A program made the position numbers and the translations under genes. Positions 8,910 to 19,343 of a stretch of 64,000 nucleotides of DNA are shown piece after piece; position 1 is the first letter of the stretch; every line of letters starts with the position of its first letter. The notes beneath the pieces were generated by a model, which was not told the origin of the DNA, made no database searches, and worked only from the letters and a program-made list of their open reading frames with translations. Origin of the DNA: Candidatus Poribacteria bacterium (GTDB lineage Bacteria > Poribacteria > WGA-4E > WGA-3G); NCBI GenBank assembly GCA_964291315.2, contig OZ219750.1, forward strand, positions 586,351-650,350. Direction: 5' to 3'.

Positions 8910-11705
8910 ATGACGCTCCCTAAAAACCATATGTTTTTCTTGTTCAGTTTGTTTTTTCTCGTTAGTGGGTGCACACTTTTCCCCAAAAAAACGTCTACTT
9001 CGGTGGTAGTTGACCCGCTTGTTGAGCGAAACCGCCAGTGGCGCGAATACGTTGAAGCTGGCAATGATAAATTGAAACAAGGAAATCTCCAAGACGCTCT
9101 TACTGCTTATGCGCATGCTGTCGCAATTCGTCCGGACTCTAGTGACGTACATTACAAGATTGCAGAGATATATTTTCAACTTGAAGAGTACGAAAACGCA
9201 AGGGACGCTTTTCTTGCTTTTCTGACGCTGAAACCGAATAATGTCACAGCTCTGAATTACGTCGGGTACATTTCTGAGAAACTGAGTAACTATGCTGCTG
9301 CTGCCGAATACTACGAACGGGTTTTGGAAATTTCGGCTGATAACCTATATGCCTTGAATCATCTCGGTTTATCTTATAAACAGCTAAAGCGTTTCGATGA
9401 AGGTGTAGCGGTGCTTCACAGAGCGTTGTCGATAGATCCGAGATGTGAACGGCCCGAATGCAGAAATTTGCATAACTACTTGGGGCTAATTTATCTCGGA
9501 CAGGATAAAATTGGTGAGGCTATCGCAGAATTCCGGGAGTCAATTCGGTTATTTCCGACAGATACGTGGGCAAGACAACAATTGGCAGCGATTTATGAGA
9601 ATCACCAGCGTTACTTTGAAGCTCAGCTGCAATACCAGCAGCTTTTGAAGATTGAACCAGACAACCTACTTGCCCTCACACGACTTCAAGCACTTTCCGA
9701 ACTGAATATCAACCCAGTGCAGCTCCTAGATGTGCTTCCTGTTACACTTCTGCATCCGGATGTTGAGTCCATTGTTGCAAATGCTCCGGACGCGAGTGAT
9801 TATCCGAACTCCGATACTCTCGTTTTGTTCAACCATTTCAGCCATGATGTTTTACCGACAGGACAATCGCGTTATACAACGCATCAGGTCGTTAAAATTC
9901 TTACTGAAAGGGGCATCCAAAGATATGGAGATATTGCTATTCCTTACCAACCTGCATCGCAAAATATTGGGGTTAATATAGCAAGAACAATCATAGCAGA
10001 TGGCACAGTTCTTCAACCGCCTAGCGAAGCTTATAATGATGTAACCCCTCCCGGGTTATTGGCCTATAATCTCTATTCAGACACGATGTGGAAGGTAATC
10101 TCTATGGTTGGTCTCGCCCCGGGGGTTTGTATTGAGTATAAAGTAACGCTTGAGGATAAAGTCGCTGGTGGTAAAACGTGGATTACAGGAGGTTATAATT
10201 TTCAGTCGACAGAGGCGACCCTTGAAACGAGTTACGCCCTTCAGATACCGAGAAAATGGCCTCTTCAGTGGCAGATTGCTAACATCCCGTTGCAAAACTC
10301 TTTAAAGCCGCAGGTTTCCTATACGGAGAATGATACCGTCATCTATGTTTGGAAATATGGCGAAACTCCTGCGCTGGAACTAGAGGAAGGGATGCCGCAT
10401 GTTAACAACGTTGTGCCACGCTTGCGTTATACTTCTATTACCGATTGGAGTGATATCTATAGGTGGTATAAGGAACTCGCGAAAGATAGGTATACACCAA
10501 ATGCTGATATTGAGGAAAAAGTCCGGCAATTAATAAGAGATCTAGAAACGAATGAAGCAAAGATACGCGCTATCTACCATTTCGTTGCCTCAAACATCCG
10601 TTATGTTGGCATTGAGCTTGGACAAGGTGCTTATCAACCGTCGCGTGCCGCCGAAGTTTTTCAGATGCAGTATGGGGACTGCAAAGACAAAACAACGCTC
10701 CTAATTTCCATGCTTGATTTAGCGGGTATCAAAGCTTATCCTTGTTTGATCAGCATTGCACCACACGAACAAGTTGATGCGACCCTGCCACTTCTCAACC
10801 AGTTTAACCATATGATTGCTGCGGTACCTACCGGGATAGATACCTATATCTGGCTGGATGCAACGGCGACTTGTGATTATGGAGAGCTGCCGTATAGTAT
10901 CCAGGGACGCACCGGTTTCCTCATCTCTGATACACACGGCGTGTTCGTGGAGACACCTATTTTCCCGCCAGAATCCAATCGGCTTGTGAGTACAACGCAA
11001 TTGGCTGTAAACAGTAAAGGGGATGTGCAAGGCACCATTCATATTCGGACAAGTGGACAATACAGTCTAAATACTCGGTGGACCTATCAACAGATTCATC
11101 CGAGAACATTGAGAAAGACCTTAGCGAGTGAGCTCAGCCAGCAATTTCCGGGGATCCGGATAGAGTGGTGCAATATGTCCGACCTCAGTGATCTCACTGT
11201 GCCGGTGGAGATAGGTCTCGGTTTTCGAGCTGAGAATCATGCAAAAGTTCTTGGGAGCAGCATACTATTCCCTTTACCCATTGATGAATTCGCTGCATAT
11301 GCTGAAACTTTTGCTAATGAACAACGCACCTATTCACTGGATTTCGGGTATCCAATGCAAATTGAAAAAATAATTCATATCCAAATTCCTGATGGATGGA
11401 CGGCTGTTTTGCGAGAGGACATCCATCACGCAATAGAGATAGCAGAACTGAGTCGGCAGTACAGACAAGTTGAAAATGTCATCACATATAGACTTGTGTT
11501 TGCCCTTAAAAGTCGAACGCTTCCAGCGGACGCGTATACGGCGGCAAAATCGCTTTTTGTGTCGCTTGTGAGTGAAGATGGAAGTTGGTTATTACTAAAT
11601 AGGGATCAGCAGAGGGAAATATTAGAAGATCGAAAGGTTGGAAGGGCGTGTACCCAAAATTCCGATGTTCCATCTTTCCATCTAAATTCCGAAAGTTTCC
11701 GATAG
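8910..11705 (+). CDS. Lipoprotein with TPR repeats, DUF3857 and a transglutaminase-like domain
   Basis: RBS AAGGAG, lipobox VSGC, several TPRs, then IRYVGIE...GDCKDK...FNHMI...WLDAT (Cys-His-Asp triad). Confidence 0.85.
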   Translation: MTLPKNHMFFLFSLFFLVSGCTLFPKKTSTSVVVDPLVERNRQWREYVEAGNDKLKQGNLQDALTAYAHAVAIRPDSSDVHYKIAEIYFQLEEYENARDAFLAFLTLKPNNVTALNYVGYISEKLSNYAAAAEYYERVLEISADNLYALNHLGLSYKQLKRFDEGVAVLHRALSIDPRCERPECRNLHNYLGLIYLGQDKIGEAIAEFRESIRLFPTDTWARQQLAAIYENHQRYFEAQLQYQQLLKIEPDNLLALTRLQALSELNINPVQLLDVLPVTLLHPDVESIVANAPDASDYPNSDTLVLFNHFSHDVLPTGQSRYTTHQVVKILTERGIQRYGDIAIPYQPASQNIGVNIARTIIADGTVLQPPSEAYNDVTPPGLLAYNLYSDTMWKVISMVGLAPGVCIEYKVTLEDKVAGGKTWITGGYNFQSTEATLETSYALQIPRKWPLQWQIANIPLQNSLKPQVSYTENDTVIYVWKYGETPALELEEGMPHVNNVVPRLRYTSITDWSDIYRWYKELAKDRYTPNADIEEKVRQLIRDLETNEAKIRAIYHFVASNIRYVGIELGQGAYQPSRAAEVFQMQYGDCKDKTTLLISMLDLAGIKAYPCLISIAPHEQVDATLPLLNQFNHMIAAVPTGIDTYIWLDATATCDYGELPYSIQGRTGFLISDTHGVFVETPIFPPESNRLVSTTQLAVNSKGDVQGTIHIRTSGQYSLNTRWTYQQIHPRTLRKTLASELSQQFPGIRIEWCNMSDLSDLTVPVEIGLGFRAENHAKVLGSSILFPLPIDEFAAYAETFANEQRTYSLDFGYPMQIEKIIHIQIPDGWTAVLREDIHHAIEIAELSRQYRQVENVITYRLVFALKSRTLPADAYTAAKSLFVSLVSEDGSWLLLNRDQQREILEDRKVGRACTQNSDVPSFHLNSESFR

Positions 11706-11713
11706 TCCTAGGG

Positions 11714-12316
11714 TTAGTTTTTCACGTATTTCCATCCGTCGATCAAGACAGGCAATCCGCGAATGAGACACATTGTGACAGTTACAACAGATAAAATTAC
11801 ACCTGCCAATTTTAGACTGACAATCAATTCAGGATAGACACCGGAATTTTTGAGGGCTGTGACACCGCCGAGATAGAGAAAAGTAATTGTTTTCGCAATA
11901 CCATAAATGCTACGGCTCGCTCGCGAACTCGTGAGGGCTTGTGTCCACCTTGAGGACATCATTGTGTTTTCACCAAATGCGGTTTTCCCTTGTGCAAATG
12001 CAGCACTCCGCAAACCGTCTGTAAAGAAACCACGGGCGATTACGATAATTGGAATCCAGATTGGAATCAAACCCACAACGGCGAAGTAAACCCAGAAGAT
12101 ACATTCAACAATACGGTCACCCACTATATCGAACAGTGCTCCAAAATCCGAGGTCTGATTCAATTTTCGGGCAACATGACCGTCAACTGCATCGAGAAAT
12201 AAAATCAATCCAATCACGGCAACAAGCAGCATGTCTAAATAGACATGTTGTCCGAAGAGTGAAATCACGACGAATACCAAGATTAATCGGAAAAGCGTAA
12301 TCAGATTTGCAATCAT
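11714..12316 (-). CDS. CDP-alcohol phosphatidyltransferase (PgsA-like)
   Basis: ANLITLFR; DAVDGHVARKLNQTSDFGALFDIVGDR. Confidence 0.85.
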   Translation of the reverse strand: MIANLITLFRLILVFVVISLFGQHVYLDMLLVAVIGLILFLDAVDGHVARKLNQTSDFGALFDIVGDRIVECIFWVYFAVVGLIPIWIPIIVIARGFFTDGLRSAAFAQGKTAFGENTMMSSRWTQALTSSRASRSIYGIAKTITFLYLGGVTALKNSGVYPELIVSLKLAGVILSVVTVTMCLIRGLPVLIDGWKYVKN

Positions 12317-12464
12317 TTTTCTTCTCCTTTGTTGAGTGAGGGCTCCTGGGCCTCAGTTCTATTTGGGTTTAGTGTTTTCCTTGATTTGCCTTTGTTTTTT
12401 AAGTGTAACGTAACTATATTATTAAACGCAATGCTAATTCCACGAATGAAAGGAGACCTATTCT

Positions 12465-14060
12465 ATGAACAAAAATAGAAACCCTAACATTGTTCTTATT
12501 CTAAACGATGATATGGGTTTTTCTGACTTAAGCTGCTATGGTGGCGAAGTCTATACGCCGAACCTTGACCGGCTTGCCGCTGGTGGATTACGGTTTACGC
12601 AGTTTTACAATACCGCTCGGTGCTGTCCATCCCGTGCGTCTATGCTGACGGGGCTGCACCCGCACCAGACCGGAGTCGGACACATGATGAGCGACGACGG
12701 ACTTGAGGGCTATCGGGGCGATCTCAATGATAGATGTATCACTATTGCCGATGCGGTCCGTTCGGAAGGTTACTGCACATATATGAGCGGGAAATGGCAT
12801 ATCTCTCGGCATATTGGCGGAGACGGTCCCAAGCATAGTTGGCCCTGTCAATGCGGCTTTGACGAGTATTACGGGATTATCACGGGTGCAGCCAATTTCT
12901 GGAAGCCGAACACCCTTACCCGTAATAATACTTGTATCCAGCATAATGAACTTCCTGATGACTATTTTCTCACAGATGCTATTAGCAATGAAGCAGCAGC
13001 GTTTATCCAGAATCATACAGAAAAAACACCAGAGCGCCCATTCTTCACCTATGTTGCTTACACAGCACCACACTGGCCCCTTCATGCCCACGAAGAAGAT
13101 ATCGTACGCTATAATGGACGTTTCGCTGCCGGGTGGGACAAGCTGCGGGAAGAACGGCTCTCACGAATGCGGGCGATGAAGATTTTAGATGAGGCGTGGC
13201 AGCTCACCGCACGAGATCCTTCGCAGCCCCCTTGGAGGGAAGTGCAATATAAAAAGTGGAATCAGCGGCGTATGGAAGTCTACGCTGCGCAAATCACCCG
13301 GATGGATGTAGGGATAGGGCGAATTATCGACACGTTAGAGAAGACTGGACAGCTCGACAACACTCTCATCCTCTTCTTAGCTGATAACGGTGGTTGTGCC
13401 GAGGAACTCGGTGGCCCCCCGGCGCGACGCGACAGCGGTTCACTCATTAGTACTGAAACGACTTCTGATGGAAGACCTGTCTATCGTGGTAATGATCCAG
13501 ATATCATGCCCGGCCCTGAAACTACCTATCAGAGCTACGGCGTTCCCTGGGCCAACCTATCCAATACGCCGTTCCGTGAATACAAGCATTGGGTTCATGA
13601 GGGTGGTATTGCTACCCCGTTGATTGTCCATTGGCCGGATGCGATAAAAACAGTGGGGGAATTGTGCCGTCAGCCCGGACAACTTCCAGACATCATGGCG
13701 ACGTGCCTTGAGGTTTCAGGGGCAACCTATCCTGAAGAACACGATGGGAAACCGATTTTACCCTTAGAAGGAACGAGTTTAGTACCGATTTTCGCGGGGA
13801 AGAGCAACAATAAAGAGGTACTTTATTGGGAACATGAGGGCAATTGTGCAGTGCGTCAAGAGAATTGGAAACTGGTTTGCAAATTTCCGGGTGATTGGGA
13901 ACTCTACGATCTAGCCGCCGAACGCACAGAGATTAATGATCTTGCCGCCAAGCATCCGCGAAAACTCAGAGAACTCGTTGGACTTTACCGAGACTGGGGT
14001 AACCGTTGTCTTATCTATCCATGGGGCAAACTTCAAGAACTCCGCAGACAGCGGCGTTAA
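12465..14060 (+). CDS. Arylsulfatase
   Basis: PNIVLILNDDMG; CCPSRASMLTG formylglycine motif; GKWH; YTAPHWP. Confidence 0.92.
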   Translation: MNKNRNPNIVLILNDDMGFSDLSCYGGEVYTPNLDRLAAGGLRFTQFYNTARCCPSRASMLTGLHPHQTGVGHMMSDDGLEGYRGDLNDRCITIADAVRSEGYCTYMSGKWHISRHIGGDGPKHSWPCQCGFDEYYGIITGAANFWKPNTLTRNNTCIQHNELPDDYFLTDAISNEAAAFIQNHTEKTPERPFFTYVAYTAPHWPLHAHEEDIVRYNGRFAAGWDKLREERLSRMRAMKILDEAWQLTARDPSQPPWREVQYKKWNQRRMEVYAAQITRMDVGIGRIIDTLEKTGQLDNTLILFLADNGGCAEELGGPPARRDSGSLISTETTSDGRPVYRGNDPDIMPGPETTYQSYGVPWANLSNTPFREYKHWVHEGGIATPLIVHWPDAIKTVGELCRQPGQLPDIMATCLEVSGATYPEEHDGKPILPLEGTSLVPIFAGKSNNKEVLYWEHEGNCAVRQENWKLVCKFPGDWELYDLAAERTEINDLAAKHPRKLRELVGLYRDWGNRCLIYPWGKLQELRRQRR

Positions 14061-14196
14061 TACTTGCTGGGCCGCTTCGCTTTCAGATCGTTCCGCTTCG
14101 GTTATCAGTGCCAGGTTAGTGGCAGTAGGAAGATTCGCCTTATAGACTGATTGCTCAAAGGTGGCGTAGTAACTTGCTCGGACTATCGGCAACTAT

Positions 14197-15291
14197 TTAA
14201 ATACACGGAAGCATTTTCAAACAGACAGGGGTTGGTACTTCTGTTACGTGGCCTGTTGCAGTTAATTCCCCGGTTTCTTGGTTGACGGCAAACGTCACAA
14301 CAGTATCTGTCTGTTGATTCGCTGCAAAGAGGAATGTGCCTTCCGGATTCACAGCGAAGTTTCGCGGAGTTCTTCCTTGAGTGGATTCATAACCGATAGG
14401 ACTCAGCTCCCCCGTTTCTGCATCAATCGCGCAGATAGCGATACTATCGTGTCCACGGTTGGATCCATACAAGAATTTCCCGGAAGGGTGGACGTGAATA
14501 TCGGCGCAGTGGCTTCTGCCGTCGAAATCATCGGGAAGCGTGGAAACTGTCTGAAATTCTGTAAGTGTTCCCGCGTTCGCGTCATACCGGAAAGCAGTGA
14601 AAGTTGAATCCAATTCGTTAATCACGTATGCATATTCCTGATTGGGATGAAAGTCAAAGTGGCGGGGGCCAGCACCTGGATGCACGCGAGCCCACGGCTG
14701 TGTATTGGGCGTAAGTTTGCCATTTTCTGCGTCTAACTGATAAATAAGAATTTTATCAATCCCAAGGTCGGGCGAGAATGCGTAACAGCTGCTGGCATCG
14801 ATCATGATTGAGTGAGCGTGTGGTTCCATCTGCCGGTCTAGATTGACACTCGATCCTTCATGCTGGACAAAATCAGAGGCTTCGCCGAGCCGCCCGTCTG
14901 ATTCTATTGGGAAAGCTGCAACACTCCCACCTCCGTAATTCGCCACGAGCAGACATTTACCGGTAGCGTCCGCGCTCAGATGACAGGGGGCCCCCCCACT
15001 GGTCGAGCGTTGGTTGAGGTAACTAATCTCCCCTGTTTCTCGATGAATGTAGAATGCTGTGACGGCACCACTATTTTTGCCCTCAAACTCGTTGAGTTCG
15101 TTGACTGCAAAAAGATACTGCCCGCTCGGATGTATCTCCAAAAATGATGGATTCTCAACGCCTGTTATTTTGCTGCTGTATTCTAAGGCGCCGGTCGCGC
15201 CATCTAAGCGGTAGACGTAAATTCCCTCGCTGTCTCCGTGCGTATAGGTACCGACATAAACAAAATAGTCTTGGTGGTTCTGATTTGCCAT
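14197..15291 (-). CDS. pgl: 6-phosphogluconolactonase / cycloisomerase-2 family lactonase
   Basis: VYVGTYT, ANYGGGSV, PHAH, GPRH, SNRGHDSI, PRNF beta-propeller motifs. Confidence 0.85.
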   Translation of the reverse strand: MANQNHQDYFVYVGTYTHGDSEGIYVYRLDGATGALEYSSKITGVENPSFLEIHPSGQYLFAVNELNEFEGKNSGAVTAFYIHRETGEISYLNQRSTSGGAPCHLSADATGKCLLVANYGGGSVAAFPIESDGRLGEASDFVQHEGSSVNLDRQMEPHAHSIMIDASSCYAFSPDLGIDKILIYQLDAENGKLTPNTQPWARVHPGAGPRHFDFHPNQEYAYVINELDSTFTAFRYDANAGTLTEFQTVSTLPDDFDGRSHCADIHVHPSGKFLYGSNRGHDSIAICAIDAETGELSPIGYESTQGRTPRNFAVNPEGTFLFAANQQTDTVVTFAVNQETGELTATGHVTEVPTPVCLKMLPCI

Positions 15292-15302
15292 TGATAATCT
15301 CC

Positions 15303-16913
15303 TTATGAAACTTTAAGATGAATTGTTTTTTCTTCGCTCTCGCTATAACCGATGCGGATCGCTTTTGCTCGTACGGTAGTTTCGCCTTCTGGTATACGTA
15401 GCGGACCGGTATATAACTGCCAGCGTGTATCATCCCCTTGCTCGGTTGTGTAGGCAATTGATGCACCTTGTGTGGAGCAGTGGAGTTGTAAAGTGAAAGG
15501 TGTTGACCATTCGTAACCCTCGTGTACTACTGTTGTACCGGGTTGTTCGGTGTTAATCGGAATAAAGATAGGCCCCGCTGTTTGCGGCTGCGTACGGTCA
15601 GGATACCATTGCTTGACCATCTGCTCTTCGGATATGTCTCCCATGTCCCCGAAATCTGTCTGCCACTGTGACAGTGCATCGCGCATTCGTTTCAGCACAT
15701 CCTGATGTTCAGGGTCTGTCGCCAAATTGTTGAGTTCATATCTGTCTTTTTTGACATTGTAAAGTTCTTCAGCGGGACGTGGAGAGCGGAACATAACCGC
15801 CTCATCGCCCTCCAGTTTTCCCTCTGCATACAACCGCCACATTTCCTGCATAATCGGATGCCGATTACGATATGGAATCCAGAGCAGATATGGTTTTTCA
15901 GGGTAGTAATTTCTAATGTATTTATACTTTTTGTCACGTATAGCACGTACCATATCGTAAGATTCATCGTATCGGTCGCGCGTCGCGAAGATATATTCGC
16001 GTTCAACCTTTTCTGGCCCAAGGAAGGGGTGCCCTTGTAGATGTTCAGGTGACTTTACACCGCAGAGCGATAGAACTGTTGGACCGAGATCAATCAGACT
16101 GACTAATTGTTCGCTGACACTACCAGCGGTGAGCGCATCAGGCCACCTTACAATCAGTGGTATACGGATACCGGCATCATACGGCCACCGTTTTCCGCGA
16201 GGCAGTCCTTCACCGTGATCGCTCCAAAGAAAAACGATAGTATTCTCTACGAGGCCATCTTTTTCTAGTTGATCGAGGAGTTCTCCGACACGGGTATCAG
16301 CAGTTGCAATGTTATCATATTGGCGCGCCAATGCTTGCCGCGCTTTCGGTGTGTTGGGCAGATAGGGTGGTAATTGCACGGCATCAGGGTTTGTGGTTGT
16401 AGTCAAAGGACGGTCCCCGCGTTCCCACATACCGCTTTCGTGTGTAACCGTTGGGTTGAAAATTGAGAAAAATGGTTGACTTTCTTCGCGATTTCGCCAG
16501 TGTGCAGTGTCGCTACACTCATCCCATGCTGTGATAGGGGACGTAAACTGATAGTCGGTTTTGCTATTGTTCGTACAGTAATAACCTGCTCCTCTGAGGT
16601 ATTCGGTGAAGACCTTGACGTATGGAGGCGGGAGTGCTGAATATGGGGTTGGCAGTTTCGGCGTTTCCGCGTTCGTGTGTGTCGTTCGCATGTGGTGTGT
16701 ACCAATTGAGGTCTGATACATACCGGTAATGATTGCAGAACGGCTCGGTGCACAGACACCAGCAGTCGAAAATGCATTCGGAAACCGGCACCCACCAGTG
16801 GCAAGCCGATCAATATTGGGCGTACGGGCAAGCGTGTCCCCGTAACAACCAAAACGAGGCGTTGTATCCTCTAAAGAAATCCAGAGAATATTTGGGCGGT
16901 CTGGCGTGTTCAT
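15303..16913 (-). CDS. Sulfatase with C-terminal FN3-associated/chitobiase-like domain
   Basis: CAPSRSAIITG; SDHG; C-terminal TQGASIAYTT...W.LY.GP...AKAIRIGY. Confidence 0.9.
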   Translation of the reverse strand: MNTPDRPNILWISLEDTTPRFGCYGDTLARTPNIDRLATGGCRFPNAFSTAGVCAPSRSAIITGMYQTSIGTHHMRTTHTNAETPKLPTPYSALPPPYVKVFTEYLRGAGYYCTNNSKTDYQFTSPITAWDECSDTAHWRNREESQPFFSIFNPTVTHESGMWERGDRPLTTTTNPDAVQLPPYLPNTPKARQALARQYDNIATADTRVGELLDQLEKDGLVENTIVFLWSDHGEGLPRGKRWPYDAGIRIPLIVRWPDALTAGSVSEQLVSLIDLGPTVLSLCGVKSPEHLQGHPFLGPEKVEREYIFATRDRYDESYDMVRAIRDKKYKYIRNYYPEKPYLLWIPYRNRHPIMQEMWRLYAEGKLEGDEAVMFRSPRPAEELYNVKKDRYELNNLATDPEHQDVLKRMRDALSQWQTDFGDMGDISEEQMVKQWYPDRTQPQTAGPIFIPINTEQPGTTVVHEGYEWSTPFTLQLHCSTQGASIAYTTEQGDDTRWQLYTGPLRIPEGETTVRAKAIRIGYSESEEKTIHLKVS

Positions 16914-17033
16914 TGTAACTCCAATTTTTTATTAATGATCGTACTCCAAGCAGCGATTTAAGTCAAGATATATCTCGGAATTATCCAGGGCCATTCAATT
17001 CCGATGCGGACACATTCCACAAGTTTAGGAGAT

Positions 17034-17143
17034 AAAATTTAAAAATTTGATAAGTATTTATAGATAAACTGTAATTTCAACAGCAGTAAAAATTTAAAAA
17101 CTTGACGAATGTTTACGGATGAAGTACAATTTCCACAGGAATC
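17034..17143 (+). repeat. Degenerate tandem duplication (55-bp period), each unit carrying a sigma70-like promoter
   Basis: AAAATTTAAAAATTTGATAAGTATTTATAGATAAACTGTAATTTCAACAG versus AAAATTTAAAAACTTGACGAATGTTTACGGATGAAGTACAATTTCCACAG. Confidence 0.75.
17102..17130 (+). promoter_or_regulatory. sigma70-type promoter of the peptide/ABC operon
   Basis: TTGACG-N17-TACAAT. Confidence 0.7.
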
Positions 17144-17307
17144 TGAAAAAGAGATAAAAAATTTGACATTTTATATTTCGTTGATGAGCTAAATATTTAT
17201 CAAGCTCGCGTTATATAGAATAGAGATGGATTGCCAAGGCTTCAAAACACCTTTCAGATTTTGCCTTCCATACAGCACAGCAATCCGCGAAAACAGAGAA
17301 GTTTAAA

Positions 17308-17472
17308 ATGTTGAAAGCGTACTCCAAGAAAGTTCAAGCCAAGAAGGCATACGCCCCACCTGAATTTTTCCCATTGGGTTGTGCCACGTTTCTCGCCCAC
17401 GGTTCTTGTGATGTTGGGTGTAACTATGAAAAAAGTGGGAATCAGAAAACAATCTTTAGTTCCAATCGGTAA
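17308..17472 (+). CDS. Putative RiPP precursor peptide (lasso/RRE-type leader), 54 aa; not in the ORF track
   Basis: MLKAYSKKVQAKKAYAPPEFFPLGCATFLAHGSCDVGCNYEKSGNQKTIFSSNR. Y-x-x-P-x-F-x-x-x-G-x5-A-x-G spacing matches the lasso leader consensus; stop is 19 nt before the ABC exporter start. Confidence 0.6.
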   Translation: MLKAYSKKVQAKKAYAPPEFFPLGCATFLAHGSCDVGCNYEKSGNQKTIFSSNR

Positions 17473-17491
17473 TGTGTAGGGGGACAAAAAT

Positions 17492-19267
17492 TTGAACGCG
17501 TCCAAAAAGAAACTGATTTTGGGGAGTGGCAGCATAGCGATCCGCTTGTTGGGTTATCTCAAACCCTATTGGGGTATCGCCCTTTTATGTGTGCTCCTCC
17601 AGATCGTTTACCGGGCTACCTACTTGGTCAACCCATGGATAGAAGGGCAGTTGCTGGACCGGGTCTTTGGAGCGAAAGATGCCGATTTTCTACCTGTCCT
17701 TGTGAGTTTGTGGATGGGTATCGCCCTTGCGACCTATCTCACGAATCTGGTTTTGGCGTATCTTCTGAGAAACGTCACTTGTCAAACCCGCCGAGATATG
17801 CAACTGCAGGTTTACCAACATTTGCGGTTCCTCCCGTGCCGTTTCTACGATAATCACACAACGGGGCAGATCATGGCTAACATCAGTTCCGATACAGAGT
17901 CGGCTGCGGGAGGGATTTTGTCAAGTGGCTGGATGCTCCTCTCGGGGATTGAATTTGTCATTACTCTGACGTTTGTGTTCGCGGTGAATCCATGGTTGGG
18001 GCTTTTTAGTATTCCGTTTGCCTTTGCCGTTGTTGGGCTCCCCTTTCTATTTCGAAGGCCTGTGCAAAACGCTTCGAAGCAGGTCTTGCAGGAGAAAGAG
18101 AGCATTTCGTCAAGGCTTCAAGAAGGGATTGCGGGCTCGAGAGAGATAAAAGCCCTCGGTCATGAGCTGCGAGACATGGGTCGCATTCGGCGTTCAATAG
18201 ACACCCTCATTCGTGCTGAACTCTATCAAACCTTAATCGGGGGCCTGACGACCCTTGGCCCCCTTGCTTCTTGGTTGGGCCATCCGCTTTTCTTTCTCAT
18301 CGGTGGGAAAATGGTGCTGGCCGGACACATCAGCGTCGGTTTTTTGTGGATGGCAAACCGTTATTTACATCTGGTCACCCTGCCGCTACATCGGGTCGCC
18401 CAGGATGAATATCCAAAGCTTCTCCGAACCGGGGAGGGGGCAAAACGGGTGTTCGCTTTCCTCGAAAATCGAGCCGAACCCAACGATAGTATTGAGGCTG
18501 CTGACTTGCAAGGAAGTGTCCGGTTTGAAGGTGTCCATTTCAACTACAATGGAACTACAGAAGTCCTTCAGAACGTCGGTTTTGAGGTGCAGCCCGGTCA
18601 AACCGCGGCACTCGTGGGCCCCAGCGGTGCAGGGAAAAGCACGATTCTCAACCTGCTGCCGCGTTTCTACGAACCCACGCAAGGACACATCTTGGTTGAT
18701 GAACACGATATCACGACACTTAAATTGAGAACCTTGAGATCGCAGATCGGCACGGTGTTTCAAGATCCTTATCTCTTTTCAGGTTCGATTGAAGAAAATA
18801 TCCGAATGGGTGCTCGACACCCGGAAAACGTGAAAAGGGAGGACATCATAGCCGCTGCCACCGCTGCCACCGCCCACGGCTTTATCACGCAGCTCAAAGA
18901 GGGCTACGCCACAGAGATAGGCGAGCGGGGCATCAAACTCTCCGGGGGTGAGCGGCAACGGATTGCCATCGCTCGTTCCCTGATTCGGAATCCAAAGATT
19001 CTCCTTCTCGATGAAGCCACTTCCGCACTCGACTCGGAGACAGAGCGGGGTGTCACGGAAGCGTTAGAACGACTGATGAAGGGCAGGACCTCGTTTGTAA
19101 TTGCACACCGATTGTCTACTGTGCTGAGCGCGGATGTGATTCTTGCCGTGGAAAATGGGAAAATTGTGGAACAAGGCACACATCAGGAGTTGATAGCCCG
19201 CGGCGGGCTCTATGCCCGGTTGTATCGCTTACAATTTGCGACCCCCGGCGATCCAAACGATCAATAA
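17492..19267 (+). CDS. ABC exporter, fused TMD + NBD (MsbA/peptide-exporter type)
   Basis: 6-TM domain; GPSGAGKST; LSGGERQR; LLLDEATSALD; no N-terminal C39 peptidase domain. Confidence 0.92.
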   Translation: MNASKKKLILGSGSIAIRLLGYLKPYWGIALLCVLLQIVYRATYLVNPWIEGQLLDRVFGAKDADFLPVLVSLWMGIALATYLTNLVLAYLLRNVTCQTRRDMQLQVYQHLRFLPCRFYDNHTTGQIMANISSDTESAAGGILSSGWMLLSGIEFVITLTFVFAVNPWLGLFSIPFAFAVVGLPFLFRRPVQNASKQVLQEKESISSRLQEGIAGSREIKALGHELRDMGRIRRSIDTLIRAELYQTLIGGLTTLGPLASWLGHPLFFLIGGKMVLAGHISVGFLWMANRYLHLVTLPLHRVAQDEYPKLLRTGEGAKRVFAFLENRAEPNDSIEAADLQGSVRFEGVHFNYNGTTEVLQNVGFEVQPGQTAALVGPSGAGKSTILNLLPRFYEPTQGHILVDEHDITTLKLRTLRSQIGTVFQDPYLFSGSIEENIRMGARHPENVKREDIIAAATAATAHGFITQLKEGYATEIGERGIKLSGGERQRIAIARSLIRNPKILLLDEATSALDSETERGVTEALERLMKGRTSFVIAHRLSTVLSADVILAVENGKIVEQGTHQELIARGGLYARLYRLQFATPGDPNDQ

Positions 19268-19343
19268 CTGGTTCATCCACTAGTTCTTCGTTCTAGGATT
19301 CTCAAGAAAACGAAAAACTCTCTTCACCTTTTGGAGACATCCG

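Noticed and set aside
8910-11705. Transglutaminase-like protein as the leader peptidase for the RiPP precursor
   Set aside because: It is a large exported DUF3857/TPR lipoprotein, not a small cytoplasmic lasso B2 peptidase, and it lies in a separate transcription unit.
17034-17200. CRISPR array
   Set aside because: Only 2-3 degenerate contiguous units with no unique spacers and no cas genes; better explained as promoter duplication.
17254-17535. 93-aa minus-strand ORF from the track
   Set aside because: It is antisense to the promoter-peptide-ABC unit, overlaps the ABC start and has no recognisable motif; the + strand 54-aa ORF fits the context better.
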